A stretch of DNA of 64,000 nucleotides from positions 576,001 through 640,000 of the forward strand of contig OY970173.1 in the NCBI GenBank assembly GCA_963707635.1. Reading direction: 5' to 3'. This DNA is from Candidatus Latescibacterota bacterium. Its GTDB lineage: Bacteria; Krumholzibacteriota; Krumholzibacteriia; WVZY01; JAKEHA01. A program made the translations under genes and the position numbers. Shown here piece by piece: positions 29,468-38,555 of this stretch. The notes under the pieces are model-generated. The model worked only from the letters and a program-made list of their open reading frames with translations, was not told the origin of the DNA and made no database searches. How positions within the stretch are numbered: the stretch's first letter is position 1; each line of letters starts with the position of its first letter.

Positions 29468-32400
29468 ATGTTGCTTCGAGTCCTCGCGACGCTTCTCGTC
29501 CTTTCCTTCTCGATGCCCGCGGCGGCCGCGCGCAATGCCGCACCCACAGACCGTCCACCCGACCAGGGTGGCTACACGCGAGCGATGGGCCTTCCGTCGC
29601 TGTTCAAGAGCACGGCCGGCTTGGAGTTCCTCTCTTACCACACGTCGACGGACCACCAGATTGGCGCACTGCTCAATCTCGGGGTAATGCGTTACGTCGG
29701 CAACCCGGTCGTGGGCATGCTGGGGCTCGCGGCCGAAGGGTACGTGGGAGGTCACGCCAGCGAGCCGGATCTCGGCGGCCGTGCGTACTTGACCGTTCCC
29801 AGCCTGCTGATTGGCGCCGGCGTCGACTACAGCGCCGAGAGCGGGGAGTCCGACCTCATCCTCAAACTGGATGTTCCCATGCGGCGCAAGGGAATCGTCG
29901 GGGCGGGGTCGGCGCTGACCTTCCGGTGGTTACCGCACCGCGAGCAGACGTTCGCAGTCGGGTTGAACATTCCGTTGGGTGACCGGAACGCAGGCCGCAC
30001 TCGTCCCCAGTCCGATTACGTGAAGATGGACAATCGCGAGCCCGCGCGTCTGCAGTTCGAAAACATGGGCGCCGTCGACTCGACGTTCGTGGAGTGTCTG
30101 CGGGTGCTGCGCGCGCGCGCAGCGTGGGTGGCGCGCCTAACCCAGCCCTTCTCCGAATACGGCGGTGCGGATGCGGCGGACGCCATGGCGCCCCGGATCG
30201 CCGAGTTGCGCGCGCACATGGAGAAAACCGACGCCGAGTTCCCCAAAGGCCACACCGTCAACGAGGAGGTTCGCGTCTACCACGAGACCCTCGACCGCTT
30301 GTTCTCGATCGCCGAGAGCGGAAGACCGATGGTGCCGGGTGAGAGCACGCCCGCAGGGAAACGAATCGCAGCGCGCGCGAAACTCTACCTCCTGGATAAC
30401 GTGATTATTCCGTACAACGCCCTCATCGGCCAGTTGAAGAAGACGGATCGGCTCTCGGGCATGATCGCGGTCGCGCAGGCCAACTTCGCGCGCGGCATCC
30501 TCTCCGGGGAGGACTTCGAGGACGCCCGGGCGCGGCGCGTCCTGTTCGCATTCCAGTCGCTCTGCGACCTAGTGGCCGAGAATCAGGCCGAATTGCGCGA
30601 GCGCTGGAGCGACAACCGCTACGTATGGCTGCCGCTCCAGTACGGCCTGGCCCCGGAAGAACACGACACCCAGGAAGAACTGAACGGAATCATCGCTCGC
30701 GCCACCGGAGAGGAATTCACGCGCGGCAACCGGGTCTGGTACATCATGAACGAAGAGTTCCAGTACGAAATGGCCCGCTCCGTGCGCCTGGCCGAGGACT
30801 ACCACGTGCTCTGGATCCACGACATCAGCGGCGAGAACGACAACGGCGACCCGGACGCCATTTCCTACGAACTGGTGCGCAGCTACCTGCGGGCGCTGAC
30901 CGAACGCGTGCGGGTCTACAACACGACCGGCAAACTGCCCATGTACATCATCCTGCTCGACCAGCTTTGCCTCGAGAAGCACAACTCCCGGCTGTGGATC
31001 GAACTGCTGGAGGATCCGCTACGACACAAACTGCGCCTTCCTGGCAAGTTCGCCGAGTGGGAAGACGAAATCGCGCGCCTGCAGGACGACCTTCGCAAAG
31101 CGGTCGAAGAGTCGCTCATGCTCCAGGTGGAGAAGAACCAGTACGGGGAAAAGTGGCTGCGCAACCGGATCCGAGTCCAGGTGAACATCACCAACCCGGC
31201 CGACTACTCCTTCTACAGCATAAAGATCATCGGCAAGTTGCCGGTCCCCGACAACAACATGCGGGACCACCGCAAGATCGTCTTCTACGACGTGACGGAG
31301 GATGATCCGTACCGGGGCATGGCGATGTTCACGGGTGTGGGGATCGGCGAGCACTATGCGGGAACGACCTGGGAGGACCGCGCTCTGATGCTGCAGGGTC
31401 CGGGCGCTCTGGCCACCAAGAATGCGGCTCGTTTCCTGTTCCAGACGCAGGGATTCGAGGATAACGAGATTCCCTACCCGCTGCGGTCGCGCCCGAAGCC
31501 AAAGTCGTACGACGACGCCGTAGCCGCCGAAATGGCGTCCCGCTCCGACTACAGCGTGCGCAGCCGCGTCATCGAGCTGCACAACGAAACCGGGTTCACC
31601 CCGAAACCGCTGAACGTGGCGAAGTGCGTGCTGTATAGCCTGATGCCTCCCGGCTCGGTGATCAAGGTGCCCGATTCGCTCTGGCAGAGCTACCTCTACG
31701 CATCGCTTGTCGCGGGCAGCGCCCTTCGCGGTTGCCGCTCCCTGGTGATCGCGCCATCGCTGCGTGCCGCCCCCAGCCCGGGCGATCTGCAGATGGGGCG
31801 GGCCAACGGTCTCATGAAACGCCTGGTCGTATTCGGCAATGCCATGGACGATTACATGGAGCGTGAGGGCGGTATTCTGAAGGTGGGGTTGTACGCGCCG
31901 CGGCAGGGGGCGGATGACATCGCGGGACGGTTCCGGCAGGGGATGAACATCCACGAGCCGTGGATGAACCGCGTCTACCACCTCAACGCGGCCATGGACT
32001 CGGTTGCGTCCAACGCGGGCCGCTATCTCGACGAGATTGGCTACCAGGTGTCCTTTCACGCGAAAGGGGATTCCCTCGAGACTCCCAAGCTCCACCTGAA
32101 GGCCAACCTGTTCGCGTCGCCCCAGGTGTGGGACGGCCTCATGGCCGACCCCGGGTGGGGTGAGGTTCTGAAGCTCTATGTCCAGTACCTCGCGCGGCAA
32201 CAGGGGCAGGGGAAAGGAAAGGAAACACAACTCCACAGCGTCCGGGAGGTTCCCGAGGCGTTGGCGCGCAAGGTGAGTTCCGTTGTCAATGGATACTACG
32301 ATTCGCTCTCGCCCGAACAGCAGAACGCGATGATTTCGTTCTTCACCATCGGCAGTGCCAACATGGATTACCGCAGTCAGGTCATGAACGGCGAAGTAAT

Positions 32401-32563
32401 GGTGACGATCGGCGGCCCCAGCGGCCTGGTGGGCGTGATCGACTTCGTGCTGCTGGCCGGTCTGTGCGAGTGGCCGGCGACACCCGAACAGGTTGACGAA
32501 CTGCTGCCGCCGCCGGGCTGGCTGCCGCGCAAGCTTTCCGCATTCATCAAAGTCGCTCTTTAG
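29468..32563 (+). CDS. Large exported phospholipase D-like protein
   Basis: Signal peptide; HRKIVFYD (HKD motif); HLKANLFA (degenerate second motif); IGSANMDYRS. Confidence 0.7.
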   Translation: MLLRVLATLLVLSFSMPAAAARNAAPTDRPPDQGGYTRAMGLPSLFKSTAGLEFLSYHTSTDHQIGALLNLGVMRYVGNPVVGMLGLAAEGYVGGHASEPDLGGRAYLTVPSLLIGAGVDYSAESGESDLILKLDVPMRRKGIVGAGSALTFRWLPHREQTFAVGLNIPLGDRNAGRTRPQSDYVKMDNREPARLQFENMGAVDSTFVECLRVLRARAAWVARLTQPFSEYGGADAADAMAPRIAELRAHMEKTDAEFPKGHTVNEEVRVYHETLDRLFSIAESGRPMVPGESTPAGKRIAARAKLYLLDNVIIPYNALIGQLKKTDRLSGMIAVAQANFARGILSGEDFEDARARRVLFAFQSLCDLVAENQAELRERWSDNRYVWLPLQYGLAPEEHDTQEELNGIIARATGEEFTRGNRVWYIMNEEFQYEMARSVRLAEDYHVLWIHDISGENDNGDPDAISYELVRSYLRALTERVRVYNTTGKLPMYIILLDQLCLEKHNSRLWIELLEDPLRHKLRLPGKFAEWEDEIARLQDDLRKAVEESLMLQVEKNQYGEKWLRNRIRVQVNITNPADYSFYSIKIIGKLPVPDNNMRDHRKIVFYDVTEDDPYRGMAMFTGVGIGEHYAGTTWEDRALMLQGPGALATKNAARFLFQTQGFEDNEIPYPLRSRPKPKSYDDAVAAEMASRSDYSVRSRVIELHNETGFTPKPLNVAKCVLYSLMPPGSVIKVPDSLWQSYLYASLVAGSALRGCRSLVIAPSLRAAPSPGDLQMGRANGLMKRLVVFGNAMDDYMEREGGILKVGLYAPRQGADDIAGRFRQGMNIHEPWMNRVYHLNAAMDSVASNAGRYLDEIGYQVSFHAKGDSLETPKLHLKANLFASPQVWDGLMADPGWGEVLKLYVQYLARQQGQGKGKETQLHSVREVPEALARKVSSVVNGYYDSLSPEQQNAMISFFTIGSANMDYRSQVMNGEVMVTIGGPSGLVGVIDFVLLAGLCEWPATPEQVDELLPPPGWLPRKLSAFIKVAL

Positions 32564-32579
32564 GGCGGGCTGCGTGCGG

Positions 32580-32861
32580 TCAACGCGATACGGACCCGGT
32601 GACGGGCATCCGCATCCAGCGGGCGCGCATCGCGGAGAACACGCCGCAGGCGATGAGCACGAGCCCCGCGGCGGCGAGGAGCGTGCGGCCGAACGGTTGG
32701 CGCAGGAGCCCCATCAGGGCATCATCCGTCCCGGCTGCGCGGTGGAGATTGCCATGGAACGCGGTGGTGACCAGAAACATCCCGATGGCCATGAGAACGA
32801 TGCCACGGATTACAGTTCCGCGCCGGCTCAGACGAACGCCCACCCGCTTCGGCCAGGTCAC
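32580..32861 (-). pseudogene. DUF1206 membrane protein, C-terminal fragment
   Basis: RGIVL..IG.FL..A.......G.DDAL..L..QPFG..LL...GL.. Confidence 0.6.
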
Positions 32862-33208
32862 GCGTCGACGAGCACGGGTTCGGTGGACGCCTCGACGGAC
32901 GCTGCAGTGGTCACCGGCGGGTCTTCCGCGAACGTGGGCGCGCTGGGCGCGGACTCGACCGGCACGCTTAGTCCGATTCCGTTTCCAACGATCACCGACA
33001 ACGCCTTCGGAACAACCTCCATCTCGACCACGTGCTGCTCTGGCGTGATGTTCATGTCGGAGTTGGTGAGCACTGGTTTCTCGGCGGTGATGCGCACGCG
33101 GCGGACACGGTAGGTCTTGAGATCGTTGGGCGATCCCGACGATGCGGCCATGACGAGTGCGATTGCGTTGACCCCGATGAGCGCTTCGAACAACGTCATT
33201 TCGATCAT
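32858..33208 (-). pseudogene. Fragment resembling the diacylglycerol kinase (YegS-like) C-terminus
   Basis: RVRRVRITAEKPV...VEMEVVPKALSVIV; no ATP-binding GGDG domain. Confidence 0.45.
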
Positions 33209-33271
33209 TCCTCCGATTCTCGAACAAGCTGTTCGCGGCCCGACGGAAATCGAGACTCTACGAGTGGATGG

Positions 33272-33421
33272 CTAGACGACCCGCCGCCCCTGGATGACAC
33301 GGATCAGTACAATCACGATCGCGATGACCAGGAGGATATGGACGAATCCGCCCATCGTGTGCGCCGTGATCAGTCCAAGCAGCCAGAGAGCCAGCATGAT
33401 GACGGCAATAGTCCACAGCAT
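33272..33421 (-). CDS. lmo0937 family small membrane protein (49 aa, not in ORF track)
   Basis: MLWTIAVIMLALWLLGLITAHTMGGFVHILLVIAIVIVLIRVIQGRRVV. Confidence 0.9.
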   Translation of the reverse strand: MLWTIAVIMLALWLLGLITAHTMGGFVHILLVIAIVIVLIRVIQGRRVV

Positions 33422-33529
33422 GTTGCCCACCTACTTTCAGGGTTCAAGCGGGCACATTCCACAATTGAGCAAAGCTCATCGAGGTGCGTCGCCCGCAGTA
33501 TTCTTCCAGTCCGCGTAGTTATGAGCGAT

Positions 33530-33594
33530 AGACTACCGGAGGCCGGCAACGGAAGTGAATCGACCGAAAGGGCGAAAAGGGAGCTAGTCCCTCG
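33530..33594 (-). promoter_or_regulatory. 40-bp conserved element, copy 4, with -10 TAGTCT
   Basis: GTGAATCGACCGAAAGGGCGAAAAGGGAGCTAGTCCCTCG at 33555-33594. Confidence 0.8.
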
Positions 33595-33782
33595 GATGGT
33601 TGCGGGGGGACGTCGGCAGTTCGCCGCCTTCGTTGCGGCGCTCTGTCGACAGGCGTTAGAGACGATTGACTTGTGTGGTGGAGGATTTCCGGTCAAGATG
33701 GTTTGGGAGTGTAAGGGCGCTGGTCTGGAGAGAATCGAGAAGTTGAGCGCCCTCGTGAATCGCAAATGAGAGGAGTCGCTCC

Positions 33783-34880
33783 GTGAGGCGTTGGTGGATC
33801 GCCGGACTAGTTGCAGTGTTCGCGATAGTGATTGCCTATGGCGTAGTGCGCCACTTCACGGGCGCGGAGTACATCGAAAAGCAGCTCTCTGCTGCGATTG
33901 CCTCGGCAAACGGTGTAAATCGGGTCAGGATCGGTTCTTCGAACTTCAGCCCGCTGCGCGGCTCTTTTTTTGCCAGAAACTTTGAGTTCCTGCCTGATAC
34001 GCTCTTGCTCGCGGAGAGAACACAAGCGGGAACGCCTCCGCGAGCTCGTTACTCCGTCACCGCATCTTCGCTTCGTGTACATGGCATCCGGCTCTGGCCG
34101 TTGCTGCGGAAACAGATTGTGGCCGATTCGGTGGCCATCGATGACGTTCGAATTGATGTCTATTTGGACCGCACGGCGGGGCCTGTGCCGCCGGTGAAAC
34201 CAGCTACATTGCCGCACATGGCCTTCCGGTCGATCGATCGACCGGTTCGCATCGACATCATCCGGCTGACAAACACCGCGATCAGCTATTCAGAAAGAGC
34301 CAGTGATGGTGGTGCGCCGGGAACGATTCGATTCACGGACCTGTGGGCGACCGCCTACAACGTGACAAACGACTCCACGCGCATGACACCGTCGACTCCG
34401 TGCACCATCGACCTGCGTACGCGGATCGCCGGAGCCGGTCGGTTGGACGCGACCTTCAGCTACGACCTCCTATCGCCGCGGTTGAGCATGACCTATCGCG
34501 GTACCGTCACCCGAATGAGCGCTGAACCGTTGAATGATCTCCTGATAAACCTGGAGGGAATCCGAATTACGAGCGGTGTCATCGATTCGACCTGGTTCGA
34601 TTTCAAAGTGAACGAAGACCTCGCCAGCGGAACGATGCAGGTCCTGTATCGGGATCTCGCGTTCGAGATGCTGGATAAGATCACTCTGGAGCGCGGCCTG
34701 GCCGCGCGTCTCCAGACGTTCATCGTCGACAAAACCAAGTTGAGCGGCGCCAACCCAGCCGACGATCGAACGCCGGCGAGGGTCGCTGCAATACTGCGCG
34801 AACGGCGCCCCGAGTCAGGGCTTCTTAGGTTCCTGTGGGAGACCCTGCGCGAAGGAATTCTGTCAACGCTGGGGGTATGA
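33783..34880 (+). CDS. AsmA/DUF748-like membrane-anchored protein
   Basis: N-terminal TM anchor; beta-rich body; GAGGAG RBS. Confidence 0.65.
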   Translation: MRRWWIAGLVAVFAIVIAYGVVRHFTGAEYIEKQLSAAIASANGVNRVRIGSSNFSPLRGSFFARNFEFLPDTLLLAERTQAGTPPRARYSVTASSLRVHGIRLWPLLRKQIVADSVAIDDVRIDVYLDRTAGPVPPVKPATLPHMAFRSIDRPVRIDIIRLTNTAISYSERASDGGAPGTIRFTDLWATAYNVTNDSTRMTPSTPCTIDLRTRIAGAGRLDATFSYDLLSPRLSMTYRGTVTRMSAEPLNDLLINLEGIRITSGVIDSTWFDFKVNEDLASGTMQVLYRDLAFEMLDKITLERGLAARLQTFIVDKTKLSGANPADDRTPARVAAILRERRPESGLLRFLWETLREGILSTLGV

Positions 34881-34881
34881 C

Positions 34882-35625
34882 GTGGACCAGCAACGCGGAA
34901 CCACTCCCACGTCCCAGACGCTCGCGGACTTCGGCGTTTGGCACCTGCGCCGCATCGACCTGCTCAAATCCGTCGACGCCGGGGAGCTGAGCCGTCTGAC
35001 GCGACTCGTACGGCTGCGCGAGTTCAAGCGCGGTGAAACCATCTATGTCATCAGCGGCAGTCGTGACGAACATTTGCAACGCATGTACTTTCTCCTCAAG
35101 GGAAGCGTCAAGATCAGCAGTGTCGACGATGCCAGCGGAAAGGAACTTCTGCTTCTGTTCATCAAACAAGGCGAGCCGTTCGGCCTCTTGAATTCGGTCG
35201 GCAACGAAGAGACCGACCTTCGCGCGGCGGCCATGCAGGCATCGCTGGTTGCATACGTTCCCCGGGACGATTTCGATACGCTCATCCATCAATCCGGCGC
35301 GTGCGCGCGACTCGTCAAGCTCATTGGCGAGCGGTCGGTCGAAGTTGTGTCCCGCTTCGAGGACCTGGCGTTTCGCAGCGTGCTTGCACGGCTTGCCCGG
35401 GTGTTGCTCCGCCTGGCCCGCGAATTCCCCCAGCAACGAGCGTGTGGTATGGGCATCGACGTCCCTCTCACGCAGCAGGATGTCGCCAACCTCATCGGCG
35501 CCCGCCGCGAGGTGGTGAGCACGCATTTGAGTCGCCTCAAACGCGAAGGTATCGTCGCGTTCCACACAAAACACATTTGCATCCACGATCCCGATGCGCT
35601 CGGCACGCTCGCTGAGACTGCATAA
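34882..35625 (+). CDS. CRP/FNR family transcriptional regulator, copy 2
   Basis: Close paralogue of 28534..29271 in the opposite orientation. Confidence 0.92.
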   Translation: MDQQRGTTPTSQTLADFGVWHLRRIDLLKSVDAGELSRLTRLVRLREFKRGETIYVISGSRDEHLQRMYFLLKGSVKISSVDDASGKELLLLFIKQGEPFGLLNSVGNEETDLRAAAMQASLVAYVPRDDFDTLIHQSGACARLVKLIGERSVEVVSRFEDLAFRSVLARLARVLLRLAREFPQQRACGMGIDVPLTQQDVANLIGARREVVSTHLSRLKREGIVAFHTKHICIHDPDALGTLAETA

Positions 35626-35668
35626 GAACGCCACTCATCGTCTGGTTAGTTACTTGATCGTGTTAGCG

Positions 35669-35712
35669 TGTTAGCGCGCTAACACGCACTCGTTCAGCCA
35701 TACCGACATACT
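35669..35712 (+). promoter_or_regulatory. CRP/FNR-type site TGTTA-N6-TAACA with -10 CATACT
   Basis: Perfect palindrome GTGTTAGCGCGCTAACAC; CATACT at 35707-35712. Confidence 0.65.
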
Positions 35713-35826
35713 CGAAGTACGCCCCTCTTCATCTTCACGACGAGTTCCGGGCACTCGTCATTTGCGGTCGCCACCAAGTTCTCCGTCACGCCCTGTTCGC
35801 TGGTCCCCGACAACCGGAGGTGTTCG

Positions 35827-37329
35827 ATGAGAAACCCCCACGGCAAGAGACTGCTCTGGCTACTCGTGCCCATTGTCATGGCTTTCACGGTCGCCGCACC
35901 GTACGCAACGACATTCTACGTCGCCCCCGGCGGCAACGACGCCGGCGCAGGGACGTCGGCCCAACCGTGGCGGACGCTGCAGAAAGCGGCCAACACGGCG
36001 CGGGCCGGTGACCTCGTGCTCGTCGCGAACGGCACCTACGTCGGCATGCAGATTACCGCCGACGGCACCGCGGCCGCTCCCATCACGTTTCGCGCCAATG
36101 GCGGCAGCGTGCTGGTCAACTCGCAAAACGCCTCGACGCCCGACAACATCAACATCGAGGGTGGCAACTACGTGACGGTGGAAGGATTCATCGTCGAGGA
36201 CGCGCCCCGCGTCGGGATTCGTGCCGTGACCGCCACGGGCATCAAGATCCTCAACAACACGGTCAGGCGAAGCGGGCTCACCGGCATCCTGACTGGTTAC
36301 ACGCCGTCGATAGAGATCTCGGGAAACTCCGCGTCGGGTTCCCTGGATGAACACGGCATCTACGTGAGCAACAGCACGAGCGCCGCCGACAACCCGATCG
36401 TGCGCGGCAACGAGTGCTTCGACAACAACAAGAACGGAATCCAGCTCAACGGCGATTGCGACGTCGGCGGCGACGGCATCATCTCCGGCGCGTTGCTCGA
36501 GAACAATGTCGTACACCACAACAACTGGAAAGGGTTCAGCTTGATCTCGGTGCAGAACTCGACGATACGGAACAATCTGATCTATGAGAACGGGCTGTTG
36601 GCCGGCGCCGGTGGTATCCACCTGGCGGATCAACCCGGCTGCGGCAAGCCGAGCAATAACAACGTGGTCGTCAACAACACCATCCACGAGCCGCGTATCA
36701 CCGGCATTCGGATGTCGAACGGCTCGACGGGAAACACGATCTTCAACAACCTGGTGATTGCCGCCAGTGTCTCGAAGGCGATCGTCGATGAGGGCAGCGG
36801 GAACTTCATCGACGCCGCGTCGAATCTGAAGCTGGCGTCCCTCGCGGGTCTGTTCGTGGCGCCGGGCTCGGAGGACTATCACCTGGCGCCGGCCAGTCCC
36901 GCCCTCAACCAGGCCTTGCTGACCTATCGAAGCGCGAGCGCGCCCGGGGCCGACATCGATGGGACGAATCGCCCGCAGGGTCCGCTCCCCGACGTCGGCG
37001 CCTATGAGCATGCCGTCTCGACCGGGATCAACGACGCGCCGGCCCTGGGCGTGGTGCTAGAGCAGAATGTACCGAATCCGTTCAATCCATCGACGCGGAT
37101 CGTGTACGTCGTGCAATCCCCGGGCGAGGTGCGGGTCAATCTGGATGTGTTCGACGTGCGTGGCCGACGCGTGCGCCAACTCGCGCGCGAACGTCCGTCG
37201 ACGGGGCAAGTGGTGGTCGTCTGGGACGGCCGCGACGACCACGGACGGGAAGTGTCGTCGGGAGTGTACTTCTATCGATTGGTGGCCGGGCCGACCACGA
37301 TCACGCGACGGATGACGTTGCTCAAGTGA
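35827..37329 (+). CDS. Right-handed beta-helix secreted protein with FlgD-Ig C-terminal domain, copy 2 (intact)
   Basis: Signal peptide; YVAPGGND...PWRTLQKA (DUF1565-like); Asn-ladder repeats; PDVGAYE; QNVPNPFNP. Confidence 0.9.
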   Translation: MRNPHGKRLLWLLVPIVMAFTVAAPYATTFYVAPGGNDAGAGTSAQPWRTLQKAANTARAGDLVLVANGTYVGMQITADGTAAAPITFRANGGSVLVNSQNASTPDNINIEGGNYVTVEGFIVEDAPRVGIRAVTATGIKILNNTVRRSGLTGILTGYTPSIEISGNSASGSLDEHGIYVSNSTSAADNPIVRGNECFDNNKNGIQLNGDCDVGGDGIISGALLENNVVHHNNWKGFSLISVQNSTIRNNLIYENGLLAGAGGIHLADQPGCGKPSNNNVVVNNTIHEPRITGIRMSNGSTGNTIFNNLVIAASVSKAIVDEGSGNFIDAASNLKLASLAGLFVAPGSEDYHLAPASPALNQALLTYRSASAPGADIDGTNRPQGPLPDVGAYEHAVSTGINDAPALGVVLEQNVPNPFNPSTRIVYVVQSPGEVRVNLDVFDVRGRRVRQLARERPSTGQVVVVWDGRDDHGREVSSGVYFYRLVAGPTTITRRMTLLK

Positions 37330-37352
37330 TCGAACCCCGGGAATGAACGCTC

Positions 37353-37420
37353 GCGGGCAGGTACGACGCCGAGCTGGTTGACCATCCTTGTGCACGTGCA
37401 ACCGGCGTCGTACCTACCGC
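37353..37420. repeat. Long-loop hairpin downstream of beta-helix gene, copy 2
   Basis: AGGTACGACGCCG / CGGCGTCGTACCT. Confidence 0.6.
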
Positions 37421-37431
37421 AGCTAAACCTC

Positions 37432-37665
37432 TCACGTAGCCCGCTTGAGACTCCTGCGCGCGGACACTCCAACGAGCAAGCCACCCGCAATGAGAGCGGC
37501 TACGCCGACGGCGGGCGGCATTGATATCCGATCTTTGTGTTCCACGACGATATCGACCGGCCCGAGGTGGGTGGTGTCTCGATCCTTGACGTAGGTGACT
37601 CCACCCCAAATGATCCCGATGGTTCCGATTACGATGAGTAGGATGCCAATCATCTTCATGTTCAT
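37432..37665 (-). CDS. Small membrane protein, DUF3185-like, copy 2
   Basis: Paralogue of 22569..22802. Confidence 0.75.
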   Translation of the reverse strand: MNMKMIGILLIVIGTIGIIWGGVTYVKDRDTTHLGPVDIVVEHKDRISMPPAVGVAALIAGGLLVGVSARRSLKRAT

Positions 37666-37686
37666 GCTGATGCCCCTGAGTGATGC

Positions 37687-38391
37687 CTATCTCGTTTTCA
37701 TAGGCGTGAAGTAATGCAAAAGTTGATTGGCCAGGGAAACGCGGAAGGTGCGAGGGGCGCGCTCACGCGTTTCACGCTGACGACTGCCGTTGCTGTGTAG
37801 CATGGGACGGACGACGGTTCGTTGATACTGCATGACGGCAAGGAGCGGCCCCATCCCGACCGAACCGCCGAAAACAATTGGCTCGGTGTCGCTGCGTTCG
37901 TCCGGTCCATGCACGGTCCCGCGCATGAACCCTCCGCGAAAGTTGTCGATCCAGGGCCCACCCGTGTTGCCGTCACCTGCGCCGGGAACGAAGAACAAGC
38001 TTTGGTCCGCGAACGGTACCCGGACGTATTCCGCGTAGGTTCCGTCAATCGTATTGCCCAGAATCATGCCGCCGTTCTCGCAGCGCGCATGCTCTCTGTG
38101 TTCGCAGTGCGCGCATGTCCCGCACGACGTCAGGCACGAAATCAACACACAATCGCCAGCCCGGAAGTTGGACACATCGTCGCCAACTCGTTCGATGATG
38201 CCGGTGCCTTCATGCCCAAGGATCCGCCCACGGGAAATGGGTGCGGCGCCGCCCTTCATGGAGCGCAGATCCGAACCGGAAATAGTCGCGTTCGTGACCT
38301 TGACAATGGCATCCGTTGCGGCCCTGATGACGGGCCGAGGCCTGTCCTCGAATACCCGCTTTCCGGGGCCGCGATAAACGAGCGCTTTCAT
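37687..38391 (-). pseudogene. Truncated, degenerate Zn-dependent alcohol dehydrogenase
   Basis: MKALVY.GPG, GHEG and structural-Zn Cys cluster present; catalytic Cys replaced by Ser (ISGSD); Rossmann domain largely lost. Confidence 0.7.
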
Positions 38392-38420
38392 TACAGATCT
38401 CCCTTGTTCATTCTGCTCCT

Positions 38421-38553
38421 CTACACTTTCCGTCGACCCCGAATGACACGAACCGGTACCACCACGATCGCTATGACCAGGAGGAAAATCCGCCCATGGT
38501 GTACGACGTGATCAATCCCAGCAGCCAAAGCATCAGCATGATGACAGCGATGG
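38421..38553 (-). pseudogene. Degenerate lmo0937 copy
   Basis: IAVIMLMLWLLGLITSYTMGGF, frameshift, LLVIAIVVVPVRVIRGRRKV; native start codon and RBS deleted. Confidence 0.75.
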
Positions 38554-38555
38554 AT

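Noticed and set aside
18291..37329. The duplicated beta-helix genes as a DGR template/variable pair
   Set aside because: Differences are spread along the genes, largely synonymous and not adenine-specific
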